Assembly (NCBI RefSeq): GCF_000143415.4 | Contig: NW_003314289.1 | Span: 1,904,526 to 1,968,525, forward strand | Direction: 5' to 3' | Length of the DNA: 64,000 nt | Source: Selaginella moellendorffii | Taxonomy: Eukaryota > Plantae > Lycopodiophyta | Part shown: positions 60,529-64,000 of the stretch, one piece after another | Layout of the letters: each line of letters begins with the position of its first letter | Position numbering within the stretch: the first letter of the stretch is position 1 | The notes under the pieces: generated by a model | The model's database searches: none | What the model was told of the DNA's origin: nothing | The model's input: the letters and a program-made list of their open reading frames with translations, nothing else | Translations under genes and position numbers: made by a program

Positions 60529-61965
60529 TCATTGTAACGGCATTGTTGCTGCCAGTGGTAGTGCTGGTAATGGTGGCGGTGGCGTAGGCAGCGGTGGCTC
60601 CTGGAACCAAGGATGCGCCAGTGCCGCGTTCGCGCTTATCCTCTTGTCCGGGTCGTAGGCCAGAAGCTGGGCCAGGAGATCTAGCCCCTTCTCCGATAGC
60701 ATGGGCCTCCCCGCCTGCGCAGCCGGGTAGAGTATCCGGTCCCGGAGAGCGCTGAGCTTGTGTGCCGGGAAGATGAAGCCCGGCTTCTCCAGCTGCGCCG
60801 TCCACACCATCTTCTTGATCCGGCGCAGCTGGTCGATCTCCGAGGTGCCCTGGAAGAGCGTCTCGTTGAGGATGAGCTCCGCCATGATGCAGCCGAGCGA
60901 CCACACGTCCACCGCCGCGGTGTAGTGGTACTGCTCCTCCTGGGTGCTGGCCAGCAGCTCGGGCGCGCGGTACCACATTGTCACCACCTTGTGCGTGTAG
61001 GCCTTGATGGGGCTGTCGTAGCGGCGGGCCATGCCGAAGTCGCAGATCTTGAGCTCGCCACCCGAGACTAGGATGTTGGACGGCTTGAGGTCGCGGTGGA
61101 GCACCCAGTTTGCGTGGAGGTAGGCCACCGCGTCCAGCAGCTGCTGCATCATATGCTTCACCACCGCGTGCTCCCACGGCTGCGGCAGCGCGGCCATCAC
61201 GTCCTTGAGGTTCCGCTCGATGTACTCCATCACCATGAAGACGCTGTCCATGTCCTTGCCGATCACCACCTCGCGCACGTCCACGATGGCCGGGTGGCGC
61301 AGCGATATGAGCAGGTTGATCTCGCGCAGCGATGTGACCGGGAATCCCTCCGTCTCCTGGTTGTGCATCTTGATCTTCTTGAGCGCCACAATCTCCTCGG
61401 TGCGCTTGTCGCGAGCCTTGTACACCACACCGTAGGCGCCCTCCCCGAGCCGCCCCAGCTTCTCAAACTCGTCCACAATCCGGCACTTGCCGCAGGGCGA
61501 GGAGCACTTGACGTCCTGGACCTCGGGGGTGTGCGGCACGCCCTGCTCCAGATCGCCGTCATCATCCGGCTTCGCTAAACCGGCCTCGCTCGTCTCCGCC
61601 ACGTCCACCACTTTCACCTCGCTCATCTCAGCCTCCTCATTCACCACTTCCTCCTCCAGATCTGCTACTTCTAGCGTTACCGCCGCTGCTACTTCTCCAT
61701 CACTACAACTTACTGAAGCAGCACGCTCTTGCGAAGTAGTAGCAGGAGCTTGAGCTTGAGCACTAGTGAGTTGTTCCTCCAGTTGAAGAAGAGAAGTCGC
61801 CAAGGGTTTGCTGGGGCTTGGGCTTCGATGCCGCCTCCTGCTACCGCCGCCACTGCTGCTGGAATGGTGGTGAGAGTAAGGATGGTGCCGCCCATCACCA
61901 TGGCTGTACCTGTGGGACTTGCGATGACGAGAGGACGTAGAACGCTCGTCCATAACCCAGCTCAT
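60529..61965 (-). CDS. Cyclin-dependent kinase G (CDK11-like), divergent and intronless
   Basis: Arg/Ser/His-rich N-terminus; CRIVDEFEKL, GEGAYGVVY, VALKK, EGFPVTSLREIN, HRDLKPSN, DFG, VVTMWYRAPE. Confidence 0.9.
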   Translation of the reverse strand: MSWVMDERSTSSRHRKSHRYSHGDGRHHPYSHHHSSSSGGGSRRRHRSPSPSKPLATSLLQLEEQLTSAQAQAPATTSQERAASVSCSDGEVAAAVTLEVADLEEEVVNEEAEMSEVKVVDVAETSEAGLAKPDDDGDLEQGVPHTPEVQDVKCSSPCGKCRIVDEFEKLGRLGEGAYGVVYKARDKRTEEIVALKKIKMHNQETEGFPVTSLREINLLISLRHPAIVDVREVVIGKDMDSVFMVMEYIERNLKDVMAALPQPWEHAVVKHMMQQLLDAVAYLHANWVLHRDLKPSNILVSGGELKICDFGMARRYDSPIKAYTHKVVTMWYRAPELLASTQEEQYHYTAAVDVWSLGCIMAELILNETLFQGTSEIDQLRRIKKMVWTAQLEKPGFIFPAHKLSALRDRILYPAAQAGRPMLSEKGLDLLAQLLAYDPDKRISANAALAHPWFQEPPLPTPPPPLPALPLAATMPLQ

Positions 61966-61993
61966 ACCAAAGGAAAAAGAGAGCCCTAAACTC

Positions 61994-62401
61994 TCATTTG
62001 TCCTTAAAGCTTCTACCTACCTGCAAGCAAAAAGGAATGTACCCATGTCTTTGGAATTGAAACTGAATGAAGAACAAAAGAAACCTCATCCTTGATGTTT
62101 CGTAGCTGCTCAGCCAGCTCCTCTTTTTTTTGGACTCCTGTCAATAGCATAGAAATCTCTTCTTCTTTTTCTTGTTTCAAGGAAAACAAACACAAATACC
62201 TTTGTTGGCGAGGTCCTCAATAGCTTTCGACGATCGAACTGCAAAACGCTGGAACTTAACACTGCCAAATAGAAGAAAAGGCGAAGAATAAGTGATGCTC
62301 GTCTATCCATTTCCTCTGCGCTACCTGTTCGACAGACGCTCTACAATCAGCTCATTTACAACATACTGCAGAGCTCGCTGAAAGATCCCGCTTCCCCTCA
62401 T
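61994..62401 (-). CDS. Small (about 70 aa) four-exon protein, not in the ORF track
   Basis: Spliced reading MRGSGIFQRALQYVVNELIVERLSNS/SAFQRFAVRSSKAIEDLANK/GVQKKEELAEQLRNIKDE/VGRSFKDK* with three GT-AG introns. Confidence 0.8.
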
Positions 62402-62492
62402 AGCCCCGGCTCAAAACCCCCACCACACTGGAACCCTAGGTAGAGTTCAGTTGCATTGGTTTTTAGAAAGCCTGCACACACTCCAAAGCGAG

Positions 62493-63845
62493 ATGAGTGA
62501 TGGAGGCGACCCTGCTACTCCGCCACCGCCACCACCGCAGCAGCCACCACCACCGCTCCAGCAAACACCACCAGTGAAGAAGAAACTGGTGCTAGTGATT
62601 GGAATGGTAGTCGCGATTCTGGCCGTGATGGTGAGTGCGCTTGTCAAGGATGACGAAGAAGGGCCGCTTGCAATGCCGGCTGTGGTGCGCCAGCATTTCC
62701 TGGGTGGCAAGTTTGTCAAGGTGGAGGTCGGGTGGAGGACGGTGAGAGTATTCGCGACCACGTCGGACCCGGATCAAGCTCAAGAGCTGGGCGATGGAGC
62801 ACCGGTGGTGGTGTTGCTCCACGGGATGGGCAGCAGCTCTTTCATCTACAGGAAAGTGCAGCCATTGCTGGCGGCGGCGGGGTTTCGCGTCGTCGCCCTC
62901 GATCTTCCAGGGTCCGGGCTGTCGGACAAGTTCACGCTCGAGGAATGGAAGCGCGAGCTCGGGGGATTGGAGTGGCTGGCGGCCGCCGCTCGGGCGGTGG
63001 TGAAGGAGATCGCGGACAAGGGATTCCTGTGGAGGTTGGAGCAGATGTTCGAGACGGGTGCTCTTCCAGCTGCCGCCACTCGCGATATGCCCGCCGAGAA
63101 GGTTGAGATTGTCAAGTGGCCCGTGGGAGGAGACACTCAAGAGCAGGCACAGGCTCTCGCCCAGCTCCTCCGCTCTCTCCTCCCGATCCAAGATCTGGAT
63201 CTCCATCTGGTTGCCCATGACACGGCCTCAGAGGTGGCGAGAGCTTACTCCGTTGCTACGGCTGCCTCGAGCATGAGAGTGCGCAGCGTCACCATTCTGG
63301 ATTCGTCTCCGGCGAGGCCGGCGCTGCCCGTCTTGTTGCTGGGCAGCCCGGGAGTGGGATCTGCGTTGCTCCGCTCCACGCTCGCCTACGCGTGGCTCGT
63401 GAGGCGGTGCTGCATGCCGACGCTGCCAGTGGACGTCGCCCGGGCTCACGCGTTCTTGCTCCGGCGCGGGAATGGCAGAGCCGCGCTGCTGGAGATGGCG
63501 AGGATGGCCAACTCGAGCGTCACACCTTGGCGTGGTGCCGATATCGCAATGCAGCTCTTGTGGGCTTGCGGCTGGTCCGAGCAGTGGAAAACGGAAGGAG
63601 AGCGGGCTTCACAGATGCTGGCGCCGGGATCTTTGTTTCGGTGTCACACCGGCAGCCGATGGCCTCAGGTGTGTCTGTCACCATTTTTTCTTGCGTCCTC
63701 TCGTTGTTACTAACAAGTTCGCATATCTCAGGAGGATGTCCCTCAAGAAGTTGCCGATGCGATCAAGAATCTGGTCTCGTCAACCAAGTCAAAGACGTGC
63801 TCCATCCAAGCCGGAGATCCCCATGCATGCACGACGGCCAACTAA
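62493..63845 (+). CDS. AXR4: AUXIN RESISTANT 4-like alpha/beta-hydrolase-fold ER protein
   Basis: N-terminal TM segment; VLLHGMGSSSF, ALDLPGSGLSDK, KGFLW..EQMFETG, HLVAHD, QLLW..GWSEQW..EG, H.GSRWPQ/ED; intron 63669-63731. Confidence 0.85.
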
Positions 63846-64000
63846 ACACGTATAGATATCTTCTCCGTATTGAAAGCGGTACCGAGCAATGCTTGAGCTT
63901 GAACCAATGGGGGAGCCTCAAAAGCTTGTAAGAAAGCTCGCTTGGGTGTTACACATTCTTGTTCTTCTTCACTTTGGAGGGTGGCCACCGCCCTTTCTTG

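Overview
Eukaryotic plant nuclear DNA. The very short GT-AG introns (about 48-70 nt), dense gene packing and GC-rich PLS-type PPR gene resemble the lycophyte Selaginella (inference, not verified). There are three zones. (1) 1-12 kb is gene-rich: a FAB1-like PIP kinase, a phosphoglycerate-mutase-like gene, two tandem F-box copies (one disrupted) interleaved with decayed fragments of the neighbouring NOMO gene, and NOMO itself. (2) About 12-45 kb is a retrotransposon graveyard: a non-coding LTR element (14246-27103) with a chromodomain Ty3/gypsy element nested in its 3' LTR (21219-26788), decayed gypsy and copia remnants, short solo LTRs, 5S-rRNA-derived sequences and remnants of a cyanovirin-N-like family. 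(3) 46-64 kb is extremely compact: an unknown conserved protein, a USP-domain RLCK kinase, DnaJ, PPR, a CPL1/2-like CTD phosphatase, ETF-beta, an unknown ORF, a CDKG-like kinase, a small 4-exon gene missing from the ORF track, and an AXR4-like gene. Most notable observations: a Cassandra-like short LTR family carrying the 5S Pol III internal promoter (two TSD-bounded copies, one of which has lost the 5S core); a full-length divergent 5S-like RNA with compensatory base pairs inside an LTR; a Tf1-style self-priming signature in the nested chromovirus; and several co-oriented gene pairs with only 28-42 nt between stop and next ATG (possible polycistronic transcription). All family calls come from motifs recognised by eye; no database search was run.
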